From an uncultured delta proteobacterium (lineage in GTDB: Bacteria; Desulfobacterota; Desulfomonilia; UBA1062): a DNA stretch of 59,859 bases. This document shows positions 20,509 through 31,125 of the stretch, piece by piece. How positions within the stretch are numbered: the first letter of the stretch is position 1; every line of letters starts with the position of its first letter. The position numbers and the translations under genes are program-made. The stretch spans positions 1 to 59,859 of the forward strand of contig CAVVYZ010000029.1 in assembly GCA_963752595.1 (NCBI GenBank), read 5' to 3'. The notes below the pieces were generated by a model. The model had not been told where the DNA came from and ran no database searches. It saw only the letters and a program-made list of their open reading frames with translations.

Positions 20509-20535
20509 AAAAGGGGGGGAGCACCCCCCCTTTTT
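20509..20535. terminator. Hairpin with U-tracts between the binding-protein and permease genes
   Basis: AAAAGGGGGGG-AGCA-CCCCCCCTTTTT; typical position for tuning binding-protein stoichiometry. Confidence 0.65.
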
Positions 20536-20564
20536 GATAAAAAATCATTTAATGAACGGTTGCC

Positions 20565-21890
20565 TTACTTAATAAGCAATTTATTGACCTCTTTCTGGTC
20601 GATAGCCCTTTTGCCGAAATCAGGTATTGGAAATACTGCATTAAGTTCTGCTGCATCTTTTGGCCAGACTGCATAGTACTGCCCGTTAAATATCTGTCTC
20701 GCAACTATGCCGGCTTTGATATTCTGCCCAGCCCGCACTGGATCCGTGCTTGGGGCAAATTTAATTCCACCGGGTCGGACTGTTGCCGAGGTAGGCAAAT
20801 CTAAACCTGCGACCGCTTTGGCTATCCTTGCCGGATCTAAAGAGCCGGCTTCCGGAAGAACATATTCATAAAGCGCTATAGCAGACGTAAATCCTATAGC
20901 CACATCCGAGGCACCTGATACGGTTTTATTGTACTTTTTCTGGTACCTGTTAAGAAATTCTTGGTACTGAGACCGGACTCCCGGACTCGCTTTTTGGATT
21001 CCGCCCCCTACCTGGTTAATATCCAAAACGTAATTCATATCTGTTCCAAACTTCTGGAAAGCCTCATCAACATAAGCCCACGGGCATCCATCAGCTACCC
21101 ATATTTTAGGATTAAGGCCATTCTTTCTCGCATCACGAAATAGCCGGTAGCCATCATCCAAATAATTCTGTGTATGGACGATATCCGGTTTTGTCCTCTT
21201 TATTTTTAGAATCAAGGATGAGAAATCCATGGTATTCGGGTCATAAGGAGCATCAATTACTATATTAAGTCCTAATTCTTTTGCCCTTTTGATGAAACCA
21301 TCATGACTTAAAGACTTCCCCCACTCTGTACCTTGATAGACGACTGCTATCCTTAAATCCTTTGGTTTCATCTTTAATTTTGGGGCCATCAATTCAACAA
21401 CACAATCTGCAGCTTGCTCCCCCCAACCGCTAGCCATTGGTCCGCAGAAATAGGTATTCTTGTGACCCATCTGCCGTAATCTGTCGGCTATCGCATTTGT
21501 CTCCCAAAAAACTACGTTGTATTTGTTAGCAATCGGGTGAACAACAAAAGCAAGCGAGCTCGAATATACGCCAATTAAAAGTTTTACTTTTTCTACCGTA
21601 ATCAGCCGTTCAGTCTCAGTTCTCGCAGATTCTGAATTTGCTGCATCTCCGGTCACCAAATAAATTTTTTGTCCATTCCAAATCCCGCCCTTTTCATTAA
21701 CCATATCAGTTGCTATTTCTATTCCCCTTAAAACTTCCCTTCCGATGGGAGCCTGCGGGCCGGTAAGCGGAAGAATGACACCGATTTTGACACCTGCGGA
21801 AGCTGGGGCAGCCATCGCACGATCTCCTAATGGAATCAATAAAAGACAAAACATTGAAACAATCACGAAACTTCCCAATAACCTCTTCAT
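20565..21890 (-). CDS. Periplasmic substrate-binding protein (LivJ/K-type fold)
   Basis: Signal peptide; KIGVILPLTG, NEKGGI, ERLITVEKV..IG.YSS, DFSSLILKIK. Confidence 0.92.
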   Translation of the reverse strand: MKRLLGSFVIVSMFCLLLIPLGDRAMAAPASAGVKIGVILPLTGPQAPIGREVLRGIEIATDMVNEKGGIWNGQKIYLVTGDAANSESARTETERLITVEKVKLLIGVYSSSLAFVVHPIANKYNVVFWETNAIADRLRQMGHKNTYFCGPMASGWGEQAADCVVELMAPKLKMKPKDLRIAVVYQGTEWGKSLSHDGFIKRAKELGLNIVIDAPYDPNTMDFSSLILKIKRTKPDIVHTQNYLDDGYRLFRDARKNGLNPKIWVADGCPWAYVDEAFQKFGTDMNYVLDINQVGGGIQKASPGVRSQYQEFLNRYQKKYNKTVSGASDVAIGFTSAIALYEYVLPEAGSLDPARIAKAVAGLDLPTSATVRPGGIKFAPSTDPVRAGQNIKAGIVARQIFNGQYYAVWPKDAAELNAVFPIPDFGKRAIDQKEVNKLLIK

Positions 21891-21946
21891 TATTTATCTC
21901 CTTCTCTCTTTGATGCTTTATGGTATTTTTTCTCCAAGCCACCTTA

Positions 21947-22570
21947 TCAATAAAGAATATCTAGCCTAGTCAGTTTCAAGCCATTGATGGAGAAGTTGAA
22001 TATAAATTCAGCAACATCATCGATTGACAGCTGTCCTCTGGGTGAATACCAGATAATCGTTCGAGTAATCATGGAAGCGATGTATCGTGCGGCCATCTTT
22101 GCATCTATTTCGTTAAATTCCTTTGCTTCTATTCCTTTTTGAATTATTCCAGCAAGGATTCGATCATATTTATCTCGTAAAAGAATCACTTTTTCTCGGT
22201 TATTTTTGGAAAGCCTTTCTAAACCCGTATCAAACAAAAATCGGGATGTTTTCTGGTAATTTAAAACATGTTTGATATGGATAAGAATAAACTCTCGTAA
22301 TTGCTCACTGGGCTTGCTAGTGCGGTCATTTTCCAAATAGCATATCCTTTCAAGTAACCGCATGTTTTGTGCATAAAGATACTCAAATAGTATTTCTTCC
22401 TTGCTATGGAAAAAGTTATAGATATTAGCAGGCTTGCATTTACAGGCTTTGGCTATATCCCTCATGGATGCACCGCTATATCCCTTCTTCCAAAAAATAG
22501 TACTGGCTTTATCTAGTATTTGTTCTCTTCGTGGACTTATACTTTTTGGTTCCTGCTTCATTTTGCTCAT
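21947..22570 (-). CDS. TetR/AcrR-family regulator
   Basis: HTH nearly identical to that of 2663-3280; lies within the catabolic operon. Confidence 0.92.
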   Translation of the reverse strand: MSKMKQEPKSISPRREQILDKASTIFWKKGYSGASMRDIAKACKCKPANIYNFFHSKEEILFEYLYAQNMRLLERICYLENDRTSKPSEQLREFILIHIKHVLNYQKTSRFLFDTGLERLSKNNREKVILLRDKYDRILAGIIQKGIEAKEFNEIDAKMAARYIASMITRTIIWYSPRGQLSIDDVAEFIFNFSINGLKLTRLDILY

Positions 22571-22572
22571 GT

Positions 22573-24369
22573 CTAGATTAAGAGATCCGAGGTTATCTCA
22601 AGCACGGTTTTGTCACTCGTTCTCATGGCCTCCACCTTTCCATAGATGGTAGGCAGCACCGAACTGATATAATATTTGGCCGTCATGAGGGTGCTCTCAT
22701 AAAATCTTCGTTCGGTTGTGGCCGTTGCCAACTTTCCCTGCGCTATCATTGCCCGCCATAGATGCTGCCACCCAAATACAACATCGCCAAATATCTCAAG
22801 ATACTGGGTGGCCCAGGAAGTAGCCAGGTAGGCTTCTTCCGATGCATTCTTCTTGAGCAGAAACGTCGTGACCTCCTCGAGGGTAAAGACCGCCTTGGAT
22901 AATTCCTCTGCATACCATGTCAGCCCTTCAACCTTTGAGGCTTCCGATATCGTTTCTTTGACCTTCCCTAAAAGGGTCTGATAGACTTCCCCTTTTCTCA
23001 TCTTTAACTTCCGGCCAAACAAATCCAATGCCTGTATCCCGTTCGTCCCTTCGTAAATGGCGGTTATCCTTGTATCCCTTGCAAATTGCTCAACTTCATT
23101 ATCTTCGCAATACCCGTAACCCCCTAAAATCTGCATCGCCCTGCTGCACACTTCAAACGATTTGTCGGTCGAACAGGCTTTGCATACGGGAGTCAGAATA
23201 TCGACCATGTCTTGCCATTTCTGCTTTTCGTTTGCATCTTCGCAGACCATTTCCATGTCCATGCAAAACATAGTATAAAGGATTAGTGATCTCATCCCTT
23301 CCACATATGATTTCATCCACAGAAGATGCCTTTTTATATCGGGATGCTCGATAATGGGGACCTGCTCATAACTTTTGCTTGCGAATCCCCTCCCCTGCAT
23401 TCGCTCTTTTGCATAATCCAAAGCATCGAAATACGCTCTCGCCGCTTGCGCCAGTCCTTCCAGCCCAACTAATATCCTTTGCTCGTTGAGCATATGGAAC
23501 ATTACCGAAATTCCCATTCCCCGAGGACCAAGCAACTCTCCCTCACATTGCCCATTTTCTCCAAAAGTTAATGAGCATGTCGAAGAAGCTTTTAACCCCA
23601 TTTTATGCTCTATTCCCGTGCAAACGACATCGTTCCGTTCGCCTAAGGACCCATCTTTATTTACTTTTACATTCGGAACAATAAAACAGGAGAGCCCTTT
23701 TGTCCCATCAGGATCCCCTTCAATTCTTCCTAATAAAATATGAATAACATTGTTGGACAGGTCATGTTCTCCCGCCGTTATAAATATTTTTTGTCCCGTA
23801 ATTGAGCAGATGTTCCCATCACGAACAATTCCCTTGGTTCTGATATTGCCTAAATCGCTTCCTGCTTGGGGCTCGGTCAAAGTCATTGTCCCTGCGAATC
23901 GACATGCATAAAGGGGAACCATGTACTTTTCCTTTTGTTCAGGAGTCCCGTAAGCCTTGATTACTCTTGCAGCGCTGTGTGTATTACCAAGGTATATCTG
24001 CAGAGACATATTTGCGGCGTAAAACATTTCACAACAGGCAAAATGCAATGTGTAGGGCGCATTCTGGCCTCCCACGTCCTCAGCTTCGGGCAGGGCAAGC
24101 CATCCCCCTTCAACATACTTCGAAAACGGTTTATGAAAGGATTCCGGCACCTTTACGGAATTATCTTTCCAAACACAGCCGGCCTTGTCCCCCAATTTAT
24201 TCGTAGGCGCAAATTCATTTACTGCCAATTTCTCGGCCGCGGCCAATATCATTTCAACCGTTTCCCGTGAATGACCGCTAAACCGATCATAACTGAACAA
24301 TTTCTCAACGCCCAACTGGTCAAAAAGTACAAATCGTGTGTCCCCTATTCCAATTACCTTTTTACTCAT
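22573..24369 (-). CDS. Acyl-CoA dehydrogenase (~600-aa DmdC/FadE5-like type)
   Basis: GTMTLTEPQAGSDL, ITGQKIFIT, IEHKMG, QILGGYGY and IYEGTNGIQALDL (catalytic Glu). Confidence 0.93.
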   Translation of the reverse strand: MSKKVIGIGDTRFVLFDQLGVEKLFSYDRFSGHSRETVEMILAAAEKLAVNEFAPTNKLGDKAGCVWKDNSVKVPESFHKPFSKYVEGGWLALPEAEDVGGQNAPYTLHFACCEMFYAANMSLQIYLGNTHSAARVIKAYGTPEQKEKYMVPLYACRFAGTMTLTEPQAGSDLGNIRTKGIVRDGNICSITGQKIFITAGEHDLSNNVIHILLGRIEGDPDGTKGLSCFIVPNVKVNKDGSLGERNDVVCTGIEHKMGLKASSTCSLTFGENGQCEGELLGPRGMGISVMFHMLNEQRILVGLEGLAQAARAYFDALDYAKERMQGRGFASKSYEQVPIIEHPDIKRHLLWMKSYVEGMRSLILYTMFCMDMEMVCEDANEKQKWQDMVDILTPVCKACSTDKSFEVCSRAMQILGGYGYCEDNEVEQFARDTRITAIYEGTNGIQALDLFGRKLKMRKGEVYQTLLGKVKETISEASKVEGLTWYAEELSKAVFTLEEVTTFLLKKNASEEAYLATSWATQYLEIFGDVVFGWQHLWRAMIAQGKLATATTERRFYESTLMTAKYYISSVLPTIYGKVEAMRTSDKTVLEITSDLLI

Positions 24370-24442
24370 TTGAAATGCCCTCTCAGATCCTCAGCATCTT
24401 AGATGTTTTTCTTTTATTAACGATCGCCCATCAATTTGATTA

Positions 24443-24458
24443 ATTAACATTCGTTAAT
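24443..24458. promoter_or_regulatory. Putative TetR operator palindrome upstream of the catabolic operon
   Basis: ATTAAC-ATTC-GTTAAT; half-site ATTAACGATCG at 24416-24426; TTGACA on the minus strand at 24486-24491. Confidence 0.55.
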
Positions 24459-24500
24459 ATTTCTCCTAGAGTATTTTGTAGATGGTGTCAAGATTTTTTT

Positions 24501-25300
24501 GGTTCATCCGGGTTGAGCACACTTTTGAGTTGAAAGAGTGGATACACATGACCTATCCGATTTTTGGGAAAAAATCAGGAGGGGGTCAGAGCATATCCAC
24601 TAGTCTGCAATATCATGCACTTGGGATTAAGGGTTACCAGTATGTGCATACCAAATATACAGAGGGAGAGCACTCTTCCGAGTGAATCAGGACAGAAGGG
24701 TATGACATGTCCTTTGTGCACCTCTCGTCATGTAAATCTGAGAGGATCTTTTCTTCGAGCTTATCGATGTTTGCCTATTGGGAAGAAACCGGTGATGATT
24801 GGATTGCCTGAGAGACGATTCAGGCATATCAGACTCAAGGATCTTCGCCTGATAGCCATTGACGAGATATCGATCGGGAGAGGACATCGTTACCTGACTG
24901 TAGTTCTTGATCTTGAATCCGGTGCGGTCGTATTCGTGGGTGATGGCAAGGGAACCGAAGCCCTTGAGCCGTTCCGGAAAAAGCTGAGACGCTCCAGGGC
25001 ACGCATAGATGCAGTTGCCATGGATATGTCTCCTTTATATATCCTTTCTGCCCATAAGAATCTTCCTGAATCTACCGTGGTCTTTGACCATTTCCATATC
25101 ATCAAGATGTTCAAAGAAAAGCTCCCCGAACTCAGGCGGTACATCCGGAGGGAAGCGGAAGGACCCCTCCAGAAGAAGGTTTTTAAAGGAACCCGCTGGC
25201 TGCCGCTAAAGGCTCATGAAAACCTTACCAAGAACAACACCGAACGACAGCATTTTGAGGAAGTTCTCCAGACCAATAAACCCCTTGCCGCTGCATACTA
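24501..25300 (+). mobile_element. 5' part of a decayed ISL3 element
   Basis: Left IR GGTTCATCCGG; N-terminus (ATA)STSLQYHALGIKGYQY; IAIDEISIGRGHRYLTVVLDLESG, VAMDMS, FDHFH. Internal deletions; truncated at the tRNA fragment. Confidence 0.85.
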
Positions 25301-25341
25301 CATTCAAGAGGTCGAGAGTTCGATTCTCTTCGGCTCCACCA
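25301..25341 (+). other. 3' half of tRNA-Ala (att-site-like island border)
   Basis: CAT-TCAAG-AGGTC-GAGAG-TTCGATT-CTCTT-CGGCTCC-A-CCA gives the 3' anticodon stem, T-arm, acceptor strand with U70 and CCA. No 5' half is present. Confidence 0.8.
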
Positions 25342-25377
25342 ATTTTTTAATCCGGCAAACCTGTCAAATGACCCGTT

Positions 25378-25830
25378 TCATCCTATGAGATTCAGGCACT
25401 CCACCTTAATGCACTTGGACTGTACCACCTCGAGCCCGGCATCGCGCGCCTTACAGGCTGCATTGTTGTCGGCAAGGCCGAGCTGCATCCACACCACCTT
25501 TGCCCCGATGTCGATCGCATCATCGACGATCTTAGGGATGGCATCCGGCTTTCTGAAGATGTCTACGATGTCTACCGGCGAGGGAATGGATTTCAGATCA
25601 GGGTACGACGTTTCGCCGAGCACCTCCTTCGTTGCAGGATTGACGGGAATGATACGGTACCCGTGATCCTTCAGGCACTTCGCCACATGGTAGCTGTCCT
25701 TTTCAGGATTGTCCGACAGTCCCACGACGGCGATGGTTTTATATTTCGTAAGGATCGTGCGGATCTCTTCCTCCGGAGGATTCCTGTCCGGGAAAGAGCA
25801 ATTATTTGAATCACTCATGGGAATTACCAC
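25378..25830 (-). CDS. CoA-binding domain protein (YccU-like)
   Basis: IAVVGLSDNP, GYRIIPVNP, VDIVDIFR, VVWMQLG. Confidence 0.9.
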   Translation of the reverse strand: MVIPMSDSNNCSFPDRNPPEEEIRTILTKYKTIAVVGLSDNPEKDSYHVAKCLKDHGYRIIPVNPATKEVLGETSYPDLKSIPSPVDIVDIFRKPDAIPKIVDDAIDIGAKVVWMQLGLADNNAACKARDAGLEVVQSKCIKVECLNLIG

Positions 25831-26015
25831 CCTATAGTCGTTCTTTCAATAATCATATAGATCTATTATACGAATGAATGAAAGATAATTGAAGAAGCCG
25901 ATCAGCGGTCTTACCCGCTTCAACGGCGCCGTGCCGGCAGCGTTCGGGCTCGTCGGCAGCGCCGTGCATTTCCGGGTCATATACGGGTATGTCACCGCAT
26001 TCGATTAACCGCACG

Positions 26016-26651
26016 TTATGCCAGATGCTTTCTGAACCATCTGCCCGCAAGGTCTGCAACCTCGTCAAGCTTGCCCGGCTCTTCAAACAGGTGTGTGGCG
26101 CCTTCAATGATTACCAGATCTTTTTCGGACGGTATTGTATTGTATGCCTGCTTATTCATCTCGATGACAATCGGATCCCATCGCCCGACAATGAGCAGTA
26201 TGGGAGATGAAACCTGCGGCAGTATCTCATTGACGAGGTCCGGTCTTCCTCCGCGTGACACGATGGCATCGATTTTCACAATGCCGATGACAGAAGCAGC
26301 AATGGCAGCTGCCGATCCCGTACTTGCACCAAAATATCCGATGGGTAAGCTTTTCGCTTGCGTATTGGTCTTTACCCAGAGGGTCGTGTCGATCATGCGT
26401 TGGGAAATGAGGTCGATATCAAAGCGGTTCTCATATATCATATCTTCCTCGGCGGTCAAGAGATCGAGGAGAAGCGTCCCCAGGCCTTGTTCCTGCAGGA
26501 GCCCGGCTACATAGTTGTTCCTGGGGCTCAACCTGCTGCTCCCGGCACCATGGGCAAAGATCACGAGACCCAATGGATTGTCGGGCAAGGCAATTTCTCC
26601 TTCAAGGAAGATATTGTCTACCGGGATTCGGAGGAGTTCTTTGGTTTTCAT
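26016..26651 (-). CDS. Alpha/beta hydrolase (dienelactone-hydrolase-like, PRTase-associated type)
   Basis: FAHGAGSSRLSPRN, GYFGASTG, VSRGGRPDL, GATHLFEEPG. Confidence 0.88.
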   Translation of the reverse strand: MKTKELLRIPVDNIFLEGEIALPDNPLGLVIFAHGAGSSRLSPRNNYVAGLLQEQGLGTLLLDLLTAEEDMIYENRFDIDLISQRMIDTTLWVKTNTQAKSLPIGYFGASTGSAAAIAASVIGIVKIDAIVSRGGRPDLVNEILPQVSSPILLIVGRWDPIVIEMNKQAYNTIPSEKDLVIIEGATHLFEEPGKLDEVADLAGRWFRKHLA

Positions 26652-26919
26652 TGTTTTTCTCTTTGAGATTCATCAATCCGGGAAGAGTTTCTTCAATGAA
26701 GGTTATAATGGTAAGATTACATCTATACACAAGCCCTCCTGGATGACGGCACAGCTTCTCCCGCCAGGCATGCAGGCAAAATGAGAAGAGCTGACAAGGC
26801 AAATCTCCCGACCGGTAATAAATCCAAAAACCTGCTCGATACTTCACGCAGGCAGTTTAAAACATGTTGACAATCGATGATTCGGCATTAAAGAAGAAAG
26901 GAGAGAAGGAGAAGAGCAC

Positions 26920-27288
26920 ATGGATGATATGACGAAATTGAGCGAGCTCAAAGTAGACCAGAAAAATCTCTACCGTGAGGAAGTGTATTCCGACCTTAAG
27001 TTTGCAACGATCAGACAGCTTATCCCGGTCTTGCCTGACGGGCAGAAAGACGACAGGCGCAGCACCCTGTTCTTCGGCCAGACGCAGATGATGACACCCG
27101 CAGGGTCATTGCCGCTTCAGTTTGAGATCGAGGCCAAGACCCTCAAGCAGGCAATGGATAAATTCCCCGATGCTGTCGAAGGGGCGGTCGCAGAATTCGT
27201 TGAAGCTGCAAAAGAGGCCCAGCGCCAGTCTGAGTCACGCATTGTCGTGCCGGGAGCTGCACCTACAAGCAAAATCATGATGCCGTAA
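26920..27288 (+). CDS. Conserved hypothetical cytoplasmic protein
   Basis: Strong RBS, 122-aa ORF with normal composition, followed by a hairpin. Confidence 0.75.
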   Translation: MDDMTKLSELKVDQKNLYREEVYSDLKFATIRQLIPVLPDGQKDDRRSTLFFGQTQMMTPAGSLPLQFEIEAKTLKQAMDKFPDAVEGAVAEFVEAAKEAQRQSESRIVVPGAAPTSKIMMP

Positions 27289-27352
27289 AGATATCCCTCT
27301 CCTGCTCCGGAGCAAGGTGCTTAAGAGCAGGGGAGGAATTTCATCGGGATAT

Positions 27353-28038
27353 CTACAGCTTATCCATCTCTTCACTTTCCATGAAGCTGTAGTATCCTTT
27401 TCTGTTGAAGATGATATGATCAAGGAGCCTGATGCCTGATGTTTCACCGGCATCCCTGATTCTTTTCGTTATTTCCCGGTCTTCTTCACTCGGCACCAGC
27501 GGCCCGATGGGGTGGTTGTGAGCAATGATGGCCGCTGAGGCGCGGTCCGTGATGGGATCTGCAAAAACTTCTCTCGGATGGACCTGTGTCCTGTCCACCA
27601 GGCCGATGGTGACGACCCGTGAGTCAATGATCTCACAGCCCCGTTGAGCGACACGCACACAAAATACTCCTGCTCCCGGTCCGCATAGAACTGGATAAGG
27701 GGCAGGACGTCGAGTGGGAATGTCACCCGTATGCCTACGGGCCTGATCCGGCGCCCGGCAAACTCAAGCGCTGCCGAGACGGCGGTTGCCTTGGCAGGCC
27801 CGATTCCATCGATCGCGAGCATCTTATCGAGCTCCGGGTTTCCCTTATTCTGATCGATTACCTTGATGACCTTTCCCGAGAGATCCATCACATCGGTCTT
27901 CCTGGAACCGGTCCGCAGGAGTACTGCCATGAGTTCCAAATCAGAAAGCGTCTGAACACCTAGAAATTGCAGCTTTTCGCGCGGACGTTCCGATTCAGGT
28001 ATTTCGGATATCCTCTTCACGCTAAAAACCCTCCCCAA
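27353..28038 (-). CDS. radC: RadC (JAB domain) protein, frameshifted near 27640
   Basis: ERPREKL, DGIGPAKA, VHPREVF, AHNHP.G...PS.ED, LLDHII. Confidence 0.88.
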
Positions 28039-28311
28039 AGCATTTCATGGCATGCAAATAAATTATTAATCCGCTCAAAGATACTCCTGATTATACCTCC
28101 CTACAAGTTTTTCCTCTCTGCAGAATATCACAAATGCACGGGCGAAAAGGGCGACCGCTTTAAGGGTTGCCCCTACGATGTGACCCATCCTCCAAATCTT
28201 TTTGACATCAAAACCTGCTTCCCTTATACTTTTCTATAGTATAACAATATTTACAAAAATCGGATATGTCCGCACTATAATACATTCAGAATATGCAACA
28301 AGGAGGATACA

Positions 28312-29199
28312 TTGTTTAAAAGGATAATGCTCTTCGTCGTTACCAACCTGGCAATCATGCTCGTACTCAGCATCGTGCTCAACCTGCTCGGAGTCGGCCG
28401 CATTCTGGATGCTCAGGGAGTAGGGCTCGATATGTACAACCTTATCGTCTTTGCCGCTGTTCTGGGTTTCGGCGGTTCGCTCATCTCGCTTGCCATATCG
28501 AAGTGGACTGCCAAGCGCATGACCGGTGCCCAAGTCATCACCTCGCCCCGGAATGAGATGGAGTCATGGCTGGTGAATACCGTGGCCAGGCAGGCTCAGT
28601 CAGCAGGCATCGGGATGCCCGAGGTGGCAATTTACGACTCGCCGGACATGAACGCCTTTGCCACGGGCATGAGGCGCAACAACGCCCTGGTAGCGGTGAG
28701 CACCGGACTGCTGCGCTCGATGAGCCGCGACGAGGCCGAAGCGGTCCTGGCGCACGAGGTCAGCCACGTGGCCAACGGCGACATGATCACGCTGACCTTG
28801 ATCCAGGGAGTGGTCAACACCTTCGTGATCGTACTTTCGCGCGTGGTGGGGCACCTGATCGACCGCGTGGTGTTCAAGACCGAGCGCGGCCACGGCCCGG
28901 CCTTCTTTATCACCTCGATCATTGCCCAGATAGTCTTCGGCATACTCGCAAGCTCCATCGTCTTCTGGTTCAGCCGCAAGCGGGAATACAGGGCCGATGC
29001 CGGAGGAGCAAGCCTGGCAAGTCGCCAGAAAATGGTGGCAGCCCTTGAGAGGCTGCAGCGCTCGGCAAATCAGCCCCACCTGCCCGAACAGATGGCGGCC
29101 TTCGGTATCTCCGGCGGGACCAAGAAAGGCCTGGCGCGCCTGTTCATGACCCATCCTCCGCTCGAAGAGCGCATCGAAACGCTTAAACGCGGCTTGTAA
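28312..29199 (+). CDS. htpX: Membrane zinc metalloprotease HtpX
   Basis: [31 protein letters not shown]; TTG start after AGGAGG. Confidence 0.95.
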   Translation: MFKRIMLFVVTNLAIMLVLSIVLNLLGVGRILDAQGVGLDMYNLIVFAAVLGFGGSLISLAISKWTAKRMTGAQVITSPRNEMESWLVNTVARQAQSAGIGMPEVAIYDSPDMNAFATGMRRNNALVAVSTGLLRSMSRDEAEAVLAHEVSHVANGDMITLTLIQGVVNTFVIVLSRVVGHLIDRVVFKTERGHGPAFFITSIIAQIVFGILASSIVFWFSRKREYRADAGGASLASRQKMVAALERLQRSANQPHLPEQMAAFGISGGTKKGLARLFMTHPPLEERIETLKRGL

Positions 29200-29221
29200 G
29201 CCGGCAAAAGTCTTTAATGAG

Positions 29222-29260
29222 AGGCCGGGCCCGGAAAGGACCCGGCCTTTTGTCTTTTTT
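29222..29260 (+). terminator. Intrinsic terminator after htpX
   Basis: AGGCCGGGCCC-GGAA-AGGACCCGGCCT-TTTGTCTTTTTT. Confidence 0.75.
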
Positions 29261-29334
29261 GCTATCCCTTGAATTATCTTGCGGACAGAACTTTGCCATG
29301 ATACCACAGCGGCACTTTTTATGGAGATCACAGC

Positions 29335-30970
29335 ATGATTCACCTGACGAACATCAGCAAGCAGTACGGTTCGCAGGTCCTGTTCAAGGACGCCAGCTTC
29401 CAGATTCTGCCCGGCACCCGCACCGGCCTCGTGGGCCCCAACGGTGCGGGAAAGACGAGCATTTTCCGACTGATCACGGGCGAGGAAGAGTGTGATTCCG
29501 GCGAGATTACAAAGGCCAGGAAGACAGAGATCGGCTACTTCTCCCAGGACGTGGGCGAGATGTCCGGCCGGTCTGCGCTGGAAGAGGTGATGTCCTCTTC
29601 CGCCAGGATCATGCACCTTGCGGAAGAGATCAAGGAAATGGAAGCTTCCATGTGCGAGTCTTTGGACGATGACGAGATGGCCGACCTGCTCGACCGCTAC
29701 GGAGACGTCCAGGCAGAGTTCGAGCACGGCGGCGGCTACGACCTGGAGAACACGGGCCCAGACCGTGCTCACCGGCCTCGGCATCGGCCCGGACGAGTAT
29801 CATCTCCCGGTGGAATCGTTCAGCGGAGGCTGGAAGATGCGCATCGCCCTGGCAAAGATTCTCACTCTGAACCCCGACGTACTGCTCCTCGACGAGCCGA
29901 CCAATCACCTCGACGTGGAATCCATCATCTGGCTCGAAGACTGGATCGCAACCGTGTACAAGGGCGCTCTGCTCATGACCTGTCACGACCGCGAATTCAT
30001 GAACCGCATCTGCACCCGTATCGTGGAGGTGGCAAACAAGGGCATCACCACCTACAGCGGAAACTATGAATTTTACCTTCGCGAGCGTGAGATCCGCCGC
30101 GAGCAGCTCCTGGCCAGCTTTAACCGCCAGCAGGAGATGCTCGCCAAGGAAGAGGAATTCATCGCCCGCTTTGCGGCCCGTGCATCGCACGCATCACAGG
30201 TACAGTCACGGGTAAAGAAGATCGACAAGATCGAGCGCATCGAGATCCCTCCCGAGCAAAAGCGGGTCAGGTTCGAGTTCAGCGAGCCTCCACGCAGCGG
30301 AGATGATGTTTTCAGACTGGAGAACCTCGGCAAAACCTGGCCCAGGCCGGACGGCGGCAAGAAGACCGTGTTCGGCGGCGTTTCCGGCATGATCCGTCGC
30401 CTGGACAAGATCGCTGTAGTCGGCGTCAACGGTGCGGGCAAGTCGACCTTTTTGAAAGTGCTTTCCTCCCAGACCGAACCCACCATGGGCAGCGTTACTG
30501 TCGGAGCGAACGTCAACATCGGCTATTTCAGCCAGCACTCCATGGACCTTCTCGACCCGGGCAAAACCGTGTTCGAAACCATGCAGGATGCCATGCCCAA
30601 TGCTACCATCGGCGTGGTGCGGAACCTGTGCGCGGCATTTCTCTTCCAGGGCGATGACGTGGAAAAGCGCATCAATAACCTCTCGGGAGGAGAAAAGAGC
30701 CGGGTGGTGCTCGCAACCCTGATGGCACGGCCCATCAATGTACTCATCCTCGACGAGCCCACCAACCACCTCGATATCCTTACCCGGGAAATCCTGCTCG
30801 AAACAATGCAGGGTTTCACCGGAACCCTCCTGCTGGTCAGCCACGATCGCCATTTCTTACGCTGCCTGGTAAACCGCGTCTTCGAGATCGACCATGGGGA
30901 GATGCGCATCTACGAGGGCGACTACGAGTATTACCTTCATAAGACCGGCCGCGACCACCACATGCTCTGA
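29335..30970 (+). CDS. ABC-F family ATPase, frameshifted near 29750
   Basis: Two nucleotide-binding domains (GPNGAGKT..FSGGWKMR..LDEPTNHLD; GVNGAGKST..LSGGEK..LDEPTNHLD) with a linker and no transmembrane segments. Confidence 0.9.
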
Positions 30971-31125
30971 GATCAGAATATTTCAATTATACAATCTGTA
31001 AGCCTCTATTTCCTGTGTGTAAACTATCCTGATGCCCGGCTCGTCTGTTGGGTTATGAAACATATGGTGCAAAGTATACAGACGGTTAAAAATCAGTCTT
31101 CGCCTGAGAGAAAGGAGATCACAAA

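Noticed and set aside
2369-24500. ACATTTTT (after the ISL3 right end) and AGATTTTTTT (before the left end) as one target duplication
   Set aside because: They are not identical, and the first is coding sequence of the dehydrogenase remnant; ISL3 elements generally prefer AT-rich targets.
24501-24520. GGTTCATCCGGGTTGAG as an integron attC end
   Set aside because: It is better explained as the ISL3 left inverted repeat, matching 2349-2368; no cassette structure or integrase is present.
28148-28176. REP-like hairpin AGGGCGACC..GGTTGCCCCTAC between radC and htpX
   Set aside because: Single imperfect copy in the window; a repeat family or function cannot be established.
28600-29784. 394-aa minus-strand ORF
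   Set aside because: It lies antisense to htpX and the ABC-F gene and crosses a terminator; no motifs.
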